Below, piece by piece: positions 10,387 through 20,801 of a DNA stretch of 64,000 bases (positions within the stretch are counted from its first letter, which is position 1; each line of letters begins with the position of its first letter). Below the pieces are notes generated by a model, which saw only the letters and a list, made by a program, of their open reading frames with translations, made no database searches and was not told the DNA's origin. Location of the stretch: contig CAVVJI010000010.1 of assembly GCA_963748515.1 (NCBI GenBank), positions 39,330-103,329 of the forward strand. The letters run 5' to 3'. Position numbers and translations under genes: made by a program. The stretch is from Candidatus Acidiferrales bacterium. GTDB lineage: Bacteria; Acidobacteriota; Terriglobia; Acidiferrales; UBA7541.

Positions 10387-11695
10387 GTGAAACCCCTCTC
10401 CATTCATCCTGTGTACATCTCTTCACGGCGCCGTCGAGCCTCCCGGCGACAAATCCATCTCTCATCGCTACGCCATGCTCTGCGCCTTGGCCGACGGCGC
10501 CTCCGAACTTCGCAATTTCGCCGCTGCTCGCGATTGCCACAGCACCCTTGGCTGCATGAAAGCGCTCGGCGCTGCGGTCGAAGTCGACCACTCCACCGTC
10601 CGCATCACTGGTCATGGCCTGCGAGGTCTCAAGCCCGCTTCTCGCCCCCTCGACGCGGAAAATTCCGGCACCACCATTCGGTTGCTCTCCGGCATCCTCT
10701 CCGGACAATCCTTCACCACGTCCATCTCAGGTGACGCGTCTCTTCAGAAGCGTCCCATGAAGCGGGTCATCACTCCCCTTCGGCAGATGGGCGCCGACAT
10801 TCGTGCGCGCGAAGAAAATTTCCCGCCGCTGGAAATCCACGGCGCCGCTCTCCGGGCCATTCAGTACGAAATGCCGCTCGCCAGCGCTCAGGTCAAATCC
10901 GCCGTTCTCCTTGCTGGGCTGTTCGCCGATGGCGAAACAGTCGTCATTGAGCCGGCTCGCACCCGCGATCACACCGAATTGGCGCTTGAAGAATTTGGCG
11001 CTCCCGTTCAACGCAATGGTCGTACGGTTACCATCACTGGCGCTGGGCCCACCGATCGACTCGCACTCCACCCGAATCCATCGACGTTCCCGGAGATCTT
11101 TCCTCCGCCGTTTTCTTTATCGCCGCCGCTTCCTTGCTCCCCGGCTCCGATCTGTTCATCGCCAATGTCGGCTTGAACCCCACGCGCTCCGCCATCCTGG
11201 ATTTCTTTCAATCCATGGGCGCCAACGTTTCCGTCTTGAATTTGCAAAACAAACACGGCGAACTGGTCGGCGACCTTGCCGTAAAGTCCGCTGCACTCCA
11301 GCGGCGGCCTCATTGACGGCCAACTCGTCCCTCTCCTCATCGACGAATTGCCCATGCTCGCCGCTCTCGGTCCGTACACCGAGAAGGGAATTGAGATTCG
11401 CGATGCCGCCGAACTGCGCGTGAAAGAAAGCGATCGCATCGCCGCCCTCGCCGTAAATCTCAAGCGCATGCACGCTAACGTTGAAGAACGCCCTGACGGT
11501 TTGTTTGTCGCTGGTCGCAGCGCGGGTCGCCTGCGTGGCGCGGAAATCGATCCTCGTGGAGACCACCGCATCGCCATGGCCTTCGCCGTGGCCGCACTCG
11601 CCGCTGATGGCCACACCACCATTCACGACCCCGATTGCGCCGCGGTTTCCTACCCTGCTTTTTTCTCGGAACTCGCGCGCCTCTCCAAATCCTGA
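10387..11695 (+). CDS. aroA: 3-phosphoshikimate 1-carboxyvinyltransferase (EPSP synthase), split by about 3 frameshifts
   Basis: PGDKSISHR, NSGTT, ASAQVKSA, RDHTE, LRVKESDR and DHRIAM motifs spread over successive frames; shifts near 10415, 11075 and 11300. Confidence 0.92.
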
Positions 11696-11706
11696 CGCGC
11701 TTCTTT

Positions 11707-13125
11707 TTAGTGCTCCTGGACGTCCGGCGGTTCCGGTGGTGCGGGTGGCATCGCCGGTTTTCCCGGCATCGTTACGGTCGTCCTTCTCAATTCGATTCCG
11801 CCGTAGCTCGTCTTCAGCGTAATCTTTGGCCCGCGCATCGATCCGTTTTTCCCCGCCAGATGCGAATCTCCGGAAGGCGCCTTGGTTACTTGCAAATTCG
11901 CGAACTCCGAACTGATATCGCAATTCCGGCAATCCGCCTCAATGTCGAAGCTCGAACTACTCGGCACCGTCAGCGAAATTCCCGACGACGAATTGGTGAT
12001 CGAAATGTCGTCCTTCGGCGCCGTCGAATACCGCGCATTCACCTGCCCGTTTCGGTTGTCGATCTGCACCTTGCCGCCCGCGTTCTCAATATTCACTTCC
12101 GCATCGCGCGTCCGCACCGAAACATTTCCCGGCGCATTCACTAGGTCCAGATTGCCCGACCCCGCTTCCAGATGCCCGTCCAACGCCGAAATCGTCACAT
12201 CCGACTTCGCCGAAATCAGCCGCACGCCCTTCGCGCTCTTGTCTGCCCGGATCGGCCCGTAAAAATCGCCGTCCACCGTGAAGCTGCCCGTGGTGTCCAC
12301 CGCTTCCACTTCGCCGCCTCGCCCGGACACTTTCACATTTCCCTTTGTTGCGGAAACCTTTACGTCGCCCTTCTTCATCTCGATCGAAACATCGCCCTTC
12401 GTGTTTCGCACTTCCGCGTCCCCGTTTGCCAGCGTCGCCTGCACATCCGCCTCTATATCGGAAACCGACACGTCGCCCTTATCGCTCCGCACCGTCACTG
12501 GCGAGTTCTTCGGCGCTTCAATCTCCAAATCCACTCCGATTCGCGTATCTCCCAGGTCGTACCCGCTTGGCTGAATCTCGTATCCATCCCCGTTTTTGAC
12601 GATCGCCACTTTCACGTGGTCGGTCAACCGCTTGGCTTCCTCTTCGCTCCACGTCCGCGCGCCCTTCTTCGCCGTTACCCGCACCTCTTGATCGTCCGAA
12701 GCCCGGACCGTCACGTCGCCCCGTCCCACCCGCACCATCACCCGCGCTCCCGCCGGAATCGTCTGCGGCGTTACGTCTACATCATCAAATGAATAGTTAT
12801 CTCCAAGATCCACGCTCAGCCCGCTGTTGCCCACCTTGTTGCGCACGATGTCGATCGTCGCTACCGTTCCCACCAACCCCAGCATCAGTATCACCAGCAA
12901 AACTTCCCCGGCCGTTATGGCCCCACCATCCCCGCCGAATCGCCGCCCCACCGTCCGCTCGTACAACTTCACCACGCCCCAGAACACAATCAGCAGTGGC
13001 CACCATCTCCGGAAGAAATCCCCCATATCCAGGCGCCCGTAATTGTGCGCAAGGATCAAAGCTCCCACCGAGATCAGCACCAATCCTGAGAACAGCCCGC
13101 TCGTGCGCGACTGGGTCTTCGCCAT
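11707..13125 (-). CDS. Membrane protein with LiaF/DUF5668-like N-terminal TM region and DUF4097 beta-strand repeats
   Basis: WWPLLIVFWG TM motif followed by repeated xxGDVxV beta-solenoid units. Confidence 0.8.
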   Translation of the reverse strand: MAKTQSRTSGLFSGLVLISVGALILAHNYGRLDMGDFFRRWWPLLIVFWGVVKLYERTVGRRFGGDGGAITAGEVLLVILMLGLVGTVATIDIVRNKVGNSGLSVDLGDNYSFDDVDVTPQTIPAGARVMVRVGRGDVTVRASDDQEVRVTAKKGARTWSEEEAKRLTDHVKVAIVKNGDGYEIQPSGYDLGDTRIGVDLEIEAPKNSPVTVRSDKGDVSVSDIEADVQATLANGDAEVRNTKGDVSIEMKKGDVKVSATKGNVKVSGRGGEVEAVDTTGSFTVDGDFYGPIRADKSAKGVRLISAKSDVTISALDGHLEAGSGNLDLVNAPGNVSVRTRDAEVNIENAGGKVQIDNRNGQVNARYSTAPKDDISITNSSSGISLTVPSSSSFDIEADCRNCDISSEFANLQVTKAPSGDSHLAGKNGSMRGPKITLKTSYGGIELRRTTVTMPGKPAMPPAPPEPPDVQEH

Positions 13126-13131
13126 GTTCGT

Positions 13132-13446
13132 CTATTGTCCTGGTGTTCCGTACGGATTCTGCGTAGTTGTTGGTGGCGCGCTTGGCGGCGCCGTGACGGG
13201 CTGCACCGGCGCCGTGTATGTTGCCGGAGGCGTCGGCTCCACGTGTCCTTCTCGCGACGCAAACGTCGCGCCCAACTGGATTGCCCCGATCACAATCAAA
13301 ATCACCGGCCACGTATTCCCAAAGAAGAAAGTCCCACCACGCACTTCATGCAGCAGGAACAACACCCCGATCGTGATCACGATCGCCGGTCCCATCAACG
13401 AGCGAATCGTGCAACTCGGGCAGTGGCAACGCTCTTGTGTGCTCAT
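13132..13446 (-). CDS. Small DUF5668/LiaI-LiaF-like membrane protein
   Basis: CHCPSC N-terminus, ITIGVLFLL...TWPVILIVIG two-TM motif. Confidence 0.75.
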   Translation of the reverse strand: MSTQERCHCPSCTIRSLMGPAIVITIGVLFLLHEVRGGTFFFGNTWPVILIVIGAIQLGATFASREGHVEPTPPATYTAPVQPVTAPPSAPPTTTQNPYGTPGQ

Positions 13447-13458
13447 CGCGTCCTCCGC

Positions 13459-14133
13459 TCAATCCCTGCTGATCCGATTCCTCAGCATCAAAAATCCCAC
13501 GCCGATCAGCACCACCGGCCAGAAGATCCTTCGAATCTGGAAGTAATCGAACACTCCGAAATTCCCCAGTAGGAACAACACCCCAATCCCAATCAATAGG
13601 TATGGCCCAGTCGCCTTATTGCGTGTCCACGCCGCCAGTGGATCCTGCACCGCCGTTCCCGTCTGTCTGCCCTTCGCCACTCGCAGCGCGTCAATCGCCA
13701 TATAAAATACAAAGCTGACCAGCGCCAGTACCCAAAATCCATTGAACGGCTCACCAAACTCTCCCGTGATCCCGACGATGATTCCCCCAAACACCAGGAT
13801 CTGCAGCATCGCCTTGTTGTATTCGCCGTTATAAATCGCTCCCAGTCCCGGCACCAGCAATCCCAGCAAAAACGCCACTCCCGGATTTGCGTTCGGGTTC
13901 GCATTTGCCACCGGCGGCACCGCACCTGGGCCTATCCCGGCACTTCCCGCCATGATCGGCGCCGTCCCCACCGCATTCGCCGTCGACCCCGCCGGTATCC
14001 CGACCACCTGCGCCAGGCAATCTTCGCAATACAACACATCCCGCACCGGCCGCGCACACGCCGGGCACATGGGCTTGCCGCAGTTTCGGCAGTAGCCTGT
14101 TGCATCCACTTCCGGATGCACCGCACAGTTCAT
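13459..14133 (-). CDS. B-box zinc-finger membrane protein with TM2/DUF5668-like helices
   Basis: CAVH...CRNCGKPMCPAC...YCEDC, PGLGAIYNG, FWPVVLIGVG. Confidence 0.8.
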   Translation of the reverse strand: MNCAVHPEVDATGYCRNCGKPMCPACARPVRDVLYCEDCLAQVVGIPAGSTANAVGTAPIMAGSAGIGPGAVPPVANANPNANPGVAFLLGLLVPGLGAIYNGEYNKAMLQILVFGGIIVGITGEFGEPFNGFWVLALVSFVFYMAIDALRVAKGRQTGTAVQDPLAAWTRNKATGPYLLIGIGVLFLLGNFGVFDYFQIRRIFWPVVLIGVGFLMLRNRISRD

Positions 14134-14816
14134 CGAATGCTCCTCTCGTACATTACCGGGCACTCCGCTGCCAACATCTCCAGCTCATGCCCAAATTCAT
14201 TCGCGCGATTCTGCTGCTTCGGCTGCGCCGGCCGATGATCGTCCGTCTGTCCCGGAGCCTTGTCCGGTGTCGCCTTCGGCAGCGACTCTTCCGGCGGAGC
14301 CTGCAAATTGTTCTGGTCGTTGTGCAACCGCGACTGAATCTCGTACACCACCCGCAGATCGCTCACGTACCGCACCGTATTCGCGTACCCGATATGCGCT
14401 TTGCGCACCAGGTTATTTGTCAGCGTTGCAGGTCGCAAATCCGCCAGCTTCGGCTTCTTCAGCGAGAATCCCGAAGCGCCCACCAAAATCACCAAAGTAG
14501 CCAGCACGCTCGCCGTTCCATACGCAAACTTGGGCGAACCCAATCCCCGCAACAGATTCTTGAATCCCTGCCATCCCGTTACCGTTTCCCGTGGTCCAAG
14601 CGTCTGATCCAGGATCGCGTACACCAGCCGCGGCGGCGCCTCCACCATCGGCATCGCCCGCATCTCCAGCACCAGGCTGCGCACGCTCTCCAGCAGCTGC
14701 CCACACTCCGAGCATTGCCCCAGGTGCGACTCCAGCTCCCGTCGTTCTTCGTCCGGCAGCGCGCCTTCCAAGTAATCGCTCAGCCTTGCCTCAACTTGAT
14801 CGTGTGTCCAGCTCAT
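14130..14816 (-). CDS. Zinc-binding (zf-HC2/ZAS) transmembrane anti-sigma factor
   Basis: LSDYLEG...HLGQCSEC (HxxxCxxC), one TM helix, directly downstream of the ECF sigma gene. Confidence 0.88.
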   Translation of the reverse strand: MSWTHDQVEARLSDYLEGALPDEERRELESHLGQCSECGQLLESVRSLVLEMRAMPMVEAPPRLVYAILDQTLGPRETVTGWQGFKNLLRGLGSPKFAYGTASVLATLVILVGASGFSLKKPKLADLRPATLTNNLVRKAHIGYANTVRYVSDLRVVYEIQSRLHNDQNNLQAPPEESLPKATPDKAPGQTDDHRPAQPKQQNRANEFGHELEMLAAECPVMYERSIR

Positions 14817-14856
14817 AGCCAACTCCCAATTTCTGGTTCCCGTGCTTCCTCGTTCC

Positions 14857-15426
14857 TCACGATGGCCGCACTCCCATCTGCTGCAGAATCCGTGCCAACT
14901 CAATCCGCCCGCGGTTGATCCGCGATTTTACTGTACCTTCCGGCACCGCCAGCACTTGCTGTATTTCTGCGTACTCTAACTGCTGCAGGTCCCTCAGCAC
15001 CACTGCTTCCCGCAACTCCGGCGACAATTTCGTCAATGCCGCCTGCACCTGCCCGCTCAACTCTCCCAGCAGCGCCTGCTCATCTGGCCTTCTTGCCGTC
15101 GCCTCTTTGTTCTCAACGATCGGCATCTTGTCTTCCAAGGAATCCGTCACCCGGTCTCGCTTCGTCCTACGATAATGATCGATCAGCAGGTTCCGCGTGA
15201 CGCTCGTCATCCACGTCCCAAATCCCCCATGGGCCGATCGATAGCTCCCGAGCGTCCGGTACACCCTCAAGAAGACCTCCTGCGACAAATCCTCCGCCTC
15301 GGTTCCGTTTCCCGTGAACCGGTAGCATAGACCAAACACCCGCCGGCTATGTCGGCGCACCAGTTCCTCCCAGGCTGCTCCATCGCCCTGGAGGCATTGT
15401 TGGACCAGTTGGGAATCCTGCTCCAA
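14857..15426 (-). CDS. ECF RNA polymerase sigma-70 factor
   Basis: AEDLSQEVFLRVY (region 2) and YAEIQQVLAVPEGTVKSRINRGR (region 4). Confidence 0.93.
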   Translation of the reverse strand: MEQDSQLVQQCLQGDGAAWEELVRRHSRRVFGLCYRFTGNGTEAEDLSQEVFLRVYRTLGSYRSAHGGFGTWMTSVTRNLLIDHYRRTKRDRVTDSLEDKMPIVENKEATARRPDEQALLGELSGQVQAALTKLSPELREAVVLRDLQQLEYAEIQQVLAVPEGTVKSRINRGRIELARILQQMGVRPS

Positions 15427-15502
15427 AGCCGATTAGCCCCGTGTTCCATGTCTCTGCTCTGGCAGAACTTCCGTGCTTTCAACATCGACTGCCATACAGT
15501 GG

Positions 15503-15528
15503 AACGTCTCTGGTGGCAAAAATGTTCC
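15503..15528 (-). promoter_or_regulatory. Candidate ECF-type autoregulatory promoter (GGAAC-N17-CGTT)
   Basis: Minus strand reads GGAAC atttttgccaccagaga CGTT, about 75 bp upstream of the sigma gene. Confidence 0.6.
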
Positions 15529-15663
15529 ATCTTTCATAGCCGGGCCTTGTTCCTGTAACCAGCGCATCTTACCCTGTCCCCTTTATTCCTTACAAGATAT
15601 TCAATCTACATTATTTAGCGAACTTGACGCCCAACCCTTTCCCCCAGTACTCTGCCTACCTGT

Positions 15664-16798
15664 ATGCCTGCGAGCCCCAACTCCCGTTCCAGTAACAAAT
15701 GGTGGCTCCTTGCCGTCGTTCTCGCTATCGCCGCCTTCCTCCTCTATCGCTATCGCGGCTCCTTCCACCTCGCCTCATTCAGCGGCCAGAAACTCTGGGA
15801 GTCCATCCGTAACGCCAACTTCCTCTACCTCTTCCTCGCCTTTGTAGTCATCTACCTCTGCTATGCGGTACGCGCCCTCCGCTGGCAAAAGTTCCAGGCC
15901 CATGTGGGCCCGGCCCGTTTCTGGAGCATCTACGGCATGAACTTGGCCGGCTTCAGCGCCCTCTTCCTTCTCGGACGCGTCGCGGAACCCGTTCGCCCCT
16001 TGCTCATCGCCCGCAAGGACAACGTCCCCAAGGCCGACATCTTCGGTATCTACGCCCTCGAGCGCATCTTGGACGCCGCTTGCACCGCCGTAATCGCCGC
16101 CATCGGCCTCCTGGTGTTCGAATCGTCCGGCCATCTCGCCGATACTCCCGGCGCGGCCATGTTTGAAAAGGCCATGCGCACCGCCGGCACCGCCTTCGGG
16201 ATCGGCGCGGTCGGCGCGATCGCCTTCCTAATCTATCTCCGCGTTCACGGTTCCGGCTTGCTCGAACGCCGCATGCATAACTGGCATCACTCCACCGGTT
16301 GGCGTCACACCGTTTCCGGCATCGTTCTGGGTTTCGTTCGCGGTGTGCAGACCATCAAGACCTGGTCCGACCTTGTCGCCGCCGATCGTCTATTCCCTCG
16401 TTCATTGGCTCGGCGTCGTCGCTTCTTACTGGCTCATCGTGCATGCTTTCAGCGGCAAACTCTCCACACTTTCGTACGCGGATTCCATGCTCGTCCTGGT
16501 CTTCACCATGGTCGGTTCCGCGGTTCAGTTGCCCGGCGTGGGTGGTGGCGCTCAAGCCCTCGCCATCGTCGCATTCACCCACTTGTTTGGCGTTGCCCAG
16601 GAAACTGCCGTCGCCGCCGCCATGATTCTTTGGCTCATCACGTTCGCCGGATGCCTGGTGGCCGGTTTGCCAATCCTCCTAAAAGAAGGCTGGTCGCTCG
16701 GCGACCTCAAGAAAATCGGCGAAGTCGGCGCCGAGGAAGCTTCCGAATCTCTCGACGACGAACCGCTCTCATCACCCGACGTCTCCTCCAACGTCTAG
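15664..16798 (+). CDS. Lysylphosphatidylglycerol synthase TM / UPF0104 flippase-like membrane protein (frameshift near 16380)
   Basis: RALRWQ, GRVAEPVR, LERILD, LPGVGGG motifs; C-terminus continues in ORF 16343..16798. Confidence 0.8.
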
Positions 16799-16913
16799 TC
16801 TCTTCTCGCCTCCCGCCATCCGCGCTCCACATCCACCTTCCCCTCACCTCTCTCCGCATTGCTTTTGCTCTGCTCACTTGCTAACTTTCTTCCTGCATCC
16901 GGAGAATCCCAGA

Positions 16914-17384
16914 GTGAAATGTCCTTTCTGTGCGCACGTTGACGATAAGGTGATCGACTCCCGCGAAGTCCGCGCCGGCGACACCATTCGCCGCCGCCGC
17001 GAATGCCTCAAATGCTCGCGCCGCTTCACCACCTATGAACGCATCGACGAAATTCCCTACATGGTCATCAAGAAAGATGGCCGCCGCGAACGCTTCGAGC
17101 GCCAGAAAATCCTGCAGGGATTGCTGAAAGCTTGCGAAAAGCGCCCCGTTCCCACTCCCAAGCTCGAATCCATCGTCGACGAAATCGAAGGCGTCGTTCA
17201 CGAAGCCACCGAACGCGAACTCACCACCACCGAAATCGGCGAAATGATCATGCATCGCCTCAAAAAACTCGACAAAGTCGCCTACGTCCGCTTCGCCAGC
17301 GTCTACATGGATTTCAAAGATGTCCAGGAATTCATGTCCGAACTCAAAAATCTGCTCAAAGACCGCGCCCTCCCCAAGAAATAA
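16914..17384 (+). CDS. nrdR: Transcriptional repressor NrdR
   Basis: KCPFC...VIDSR...RRRRECxxCxxRFTTYE, ATP-cone, VAYVRFASVY. Confidence 0.97.
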   Translation: MKCPFCAHVDDKVIDSREVRAGDTIRRRRECLKCSRRFTTYERIDEIPYMVIKKDGRRERFERQKILQGLLKACEKRPVPTPKLESIVDEIEGVVHEATERELTTTEIGEMIMHRLKKLDKVAYVRFASVYMDFKDVQEFMSELKNLLKDRALPKK

Positions 17385-17488
17385 CCCATTCCATTTCCTT
17401 TGTTTCCGCTCCTTCCTAAGGTAGAATCCGCTTCGCCGTCTCTCCTTCCGGCGTTTCTGACATGCCGCATCCCAGCGACGAGGTCCCC

Positions 17489-17834
17489 ATGATTCTCACC
17501 ATCGAACAGCAGCAGATTCCCCCCGACATCACTCTGCTCGTCATGAGTGGCCGCATCATCATGGGCAACAATGCCCGCGACATCGAACTCAAGCTCGCCG
17601 AGATCCTCAGCGCCGGCGCCAAGAAAATCATCTTTGACGTCTCCGGCGTCACCGTCCTCGACAGCACCGGCGTCGGCATCCTCGTCGTCAGCCAGGGCAA
17701 AATTGTCAAGGAGGGCGGCCAATTGCGCATCTCCGGCGCCTACCGGCCTCGTCGCTAACATCCTCCACATGACCAACGTCGACAAACTCGTTCACCTCTA
17801 TCCCACTGTAGAAGCCGCATCCGCTGGCTTCTAA
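17489..17834 (+). CDS. STAS-domain anti-sigma-factor antagonist (frameshift near 17740)
   Basis: DVSGVTVLDSTGVGILV phospho-serine motif; C-terminus (VANILHMTNVDKLV) lies in another frame. Confidence 0.85.
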
Positions 17835-17941
17835 TTTCATCGATACATTCGCACCAGCCATTCGTTCGAATGGAAATCCAGCACCTTCGGCCGTGGTACA
17901 GTCGATTGAGAACGTTCATTCACATTTGGGAGTGGAACTGC

Positions 17942-19579
17942 ATGTCTAAGTTTTTCAGTGCTATCGCTGTCCTGATCCTTGGCTCCGCCACCCTCCTCGC
18001 GCAATCCGCGCAGGCCCCCGCCATCGATCCCGACCGTATCCGCCAGTCCGACAAATACCTTTCCAGTGACGAACTCGAGGGCCGTGGCACCGGCCAAAAG
18101 GGTGGAGACGCCGCTGCCGACTACATCGCCGCGCAGTTCAAGTCCTACGGTCTGCAGCCTGCCGGCGACAAGGGCACCTTCTTCCAGAACGTTCCCATGG
18201 TCGGCATCAAGACCCTGCCCGCCACCACCCTTTCTTTTGTCCCTTCCAGCGGCTCTCCCGTTCCCCTCAAAATGTTCGACGACTACGTCACCAGCAACGA
18301 AACTCAGACCGAAGTTGCCGACATCGATGCGCCCATCGTCTTCGTTGGCTACGGCATCAACGCCCCCGAAGAAACGTGGAACGATTACAAGGGTTACCAT
18401 CTGAAAGGCAAAGTCGCTCTCCTCTTTGTCAGCGAGCCCGAATCCAACGATCCCAATTTCTTCAAAGGCAAAGCCCTCACCTACAACGGCCGTTGGACCT
18501 ACAAGTACGAGGAAACCGCACGTCAGGGCGCGATCGCCACGCTCATCATTCATCGCACCGACCTCGCCAGCTATCCCTGGGAAGTCGTCCGCAATTCCTG
18601 GGGCGGTGAGCGGTCCTACCTGAAACTCGACGGCACTCCCAGGCTCGAAGCCGCCTCCTGGATTCAGTTGGATGTCGCGCGCAAACTCGTCGCCCTCGGT
18701 GGCTACGATCTCGATGCCCTCTACAAGCAAGCGCAATCCCGCGACTTTCATCCCATTGAGTTGCCCGTGCGCTTAAAAGCTCACGTCGTTTCTTCCGTGC
18801 GACCCTTCACCTCGCGCAATGTGGTTGGCAAAGTCGAAGGCGGCAATTCCAAGCTTCGCAAGGAAGCCGTCCTCTATACCGCGCATTACGACCACTTCGG
18901 CATCGATCCCTCGCGTCCCAAGGGCGACAACATCTATCACGGTGCGGTCGACAACGGCACCGGCTCCGCCATCCTGATGGAACTCGCCCGCGTCTGGGCC
19001 GCCACGCGTCCCGCTCCCGCCCGCACCATCTTTTTTGCTGCCGTTACCGGCGAGGAGCAGGGACTGCTCGGCTCGGAATATTTCGGCAAGCATCCCCCAA
19101 TTCCTGCCGGAAAGATCTCACTCGATCTGAACTTCGATGCTTTGGCGCCCATCGGCGAACCGGAAGAAGTCGAGGTCAGCGGCGCAGAGCGCACCACCTT
19201 CTATCCCACCGTGGAAAAATTCGCCCAGCAGTTTGGCCTGGCGATCAAGCCCGACGCCCATCCCGAAGCCGGACACTATTACCGCTCCGATCACTTCAGT
19301 TTGTCCCGTGTCGGCATCCCCTCCTTCTCGATTAGCGAAGGGATCAAATTCAAAGGCCACGACGTCGCTTGGGGTGAGGCGCAATTCAAGGACTATGTCG
19401 CGAACCGTTACCACAAGCCCGCTGACGCCTTCCAGGAAGACTGGGACTTTCATGGCCTCGCGAAAATGACCAGCTTCGGCTATCAACTCGGAGCCGCTGC
19501 CGCCAATCAGCCCTCGCTCGTCCAGTGGCTTCCCAACGACGAATTCGAGGCCGCTCGCAAGCAATCCGCTGCGAAGTGA
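17942..19579 (+). CDS. M28 family metallopeptidase with PA insert, exported
   Basis: Signal peptide, LEGRG, TAHYDH, GAVDNGTG, GEEQGLLGS, RSDH, YH motifs. Confidence 0.92.
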   Translation: MSKFFSAIAVLILGSATLLAQSAQAPAIDPDRIRQSDKYLSSDELEGRGTGQKGGDAAADYIAAQFKSYGLQPAGDKGTFFQNVPMVGIKTLPATTLSFVPSSGSPVPLKMFDDYVTSNETQTEVADIDAPIVFVGYGINAPEETWNDYKGYHLKGKVALLFVSEPESNDPNFFKGKALTYNGRWTYKYEETARQGAIATLIIHRTDLASYPWEVVRNSWGGERSYLKLDGTPRLEAASWIQLDVARKLVALGGYDLDALYKQAQSRDFHPIELPVRLKAHVVSSVRPFTSRNVVGKVEGGNSKLRKEAVLYTAHYDHFGIDPSRPKGDNIYHGAVDNGTGSAILMELARVWAATRPAPARTIFFAAVTGEEQGLLGSEYFGKHPPIPAGKISLDLNFDALAPIGEPEEVEVSGAERTTFYPTVEKFAQQFGLAIKPDAHPEAGHYYRSDHFSLSRVGIPSFSISEGIKFKGHDVAWGEAQFKDYVANRYHKPADAFQEDWDFHGLAKMTSFGYQLGAAAANQPSLVQWLPNDEFEAARKQSAAK

Positions 19580-19644
19580 CATCGACGGAAACTGTCGGCA
19601 GATAAACCTGGAAGGGAAGGAAGCGGAGGAAGCGGTCCCGCTCG

Positions 19645-20578
19645 CTACCGGGGCCACACGCCGGCGGTAAACGATTTGATGGTCGAGAATCCCAAACGCT
19701 CGTATAAGTGCACTGCGGTAGCGTTGTTCGACGTCACCGTGAGCGTCAATTCGTTGTACTTCAATCCGCGCAGCGCCGCCGCTGCCGCCTGCATCAACAC
19801 GCGGCCCAGGCCGTGCCCCTGAAAACCGGGTTGCACGCACAACTGCGTCGTATGTCCCACGCCCGGGGAAACCTCGCTGGTCAGCACCGCTCCCACCAGG
19901 TCGTCGCTCCCAGGATGTCGCAGTACGAACGATGCGCTCTGCACAAACTGCCCGCAGCCCGGCAGCAGCACAATGTTTTTCAGAAAGCGCAGCGCGCCAT
20001 GCCGCGAACGATACTGATCGTTGATGTCTCCATCCACATGGTTCGCGTAGGCCAGATAAATCAGCTTCGCGCACGGCTCAAAGAATCGGTCATTCCAGCG
20101 GTCCAGCCGCAGTCCTGAATTCACGCTGGGCGCTTCTTCCGTGTAGTGCCGCAAATCCTGCAGCATGAATTGTCGCTTGTACAGCGCGAATCCCTGATCG
20201 CGCAGCGCTGTCATCCACCGGCCCGCCAAACGGCATTAGTTGCGCTTCGATGCGTGAAAGTTGCGGCAACCCGCGCATCGAAAACAGCATTTCCTCCAGC
20301 AATCGCCGGCTGATGGTTTCCTGCGGGCTGCGCGGCGAAACATACAGTCCGCCAATCAGTCCCTTGTGCTCTTCCAATACGTAAAACGCGTAACCGATCG
20401 CCACACCGTTTTCCATGGCCACGCAACCGGACAGAGCATGCGCATCCAGAAAACGGCGGATCAAATCCAGCGCCCCCCGGTAATCCCAGTGCAGCTCTTC
20501 GCGCCAATGCCGCATTTCTTCAAGCAGCAGCGGCTCTATCTGGCGGACCGTGGTTTGGCGAAGGTCGACGATGTTCAT
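19645..20578 (-). CDS. Tandem GNAT N-acetyltransferase (frameshift near 20215)
   Basis: Two GNAT domains; QLCVQPGFQGHGLGR...N..AVHLYERLGF in the second. Confidence 0.85.
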
Positions 20579-20801
20579 GAGGGAACCGATGCAGTGTAGT
20601 GCAAAGCCCATGATATCCGATTCTTCAGGCGCGCCGCCAAATCGCGCATCGATCACGATACGAATCGGGCACAAGACCTCCAGAACTGGCCTAAAGGGCA
20701 ATACTTCGCGTGCTACGATTTCGATAGCAGTTGGAACCACTCGCGCTCGGAGGAGCAACCGCAATCACCAGTCTTACCGCTGGTTTGGAAGACTTACCGC
20801 C

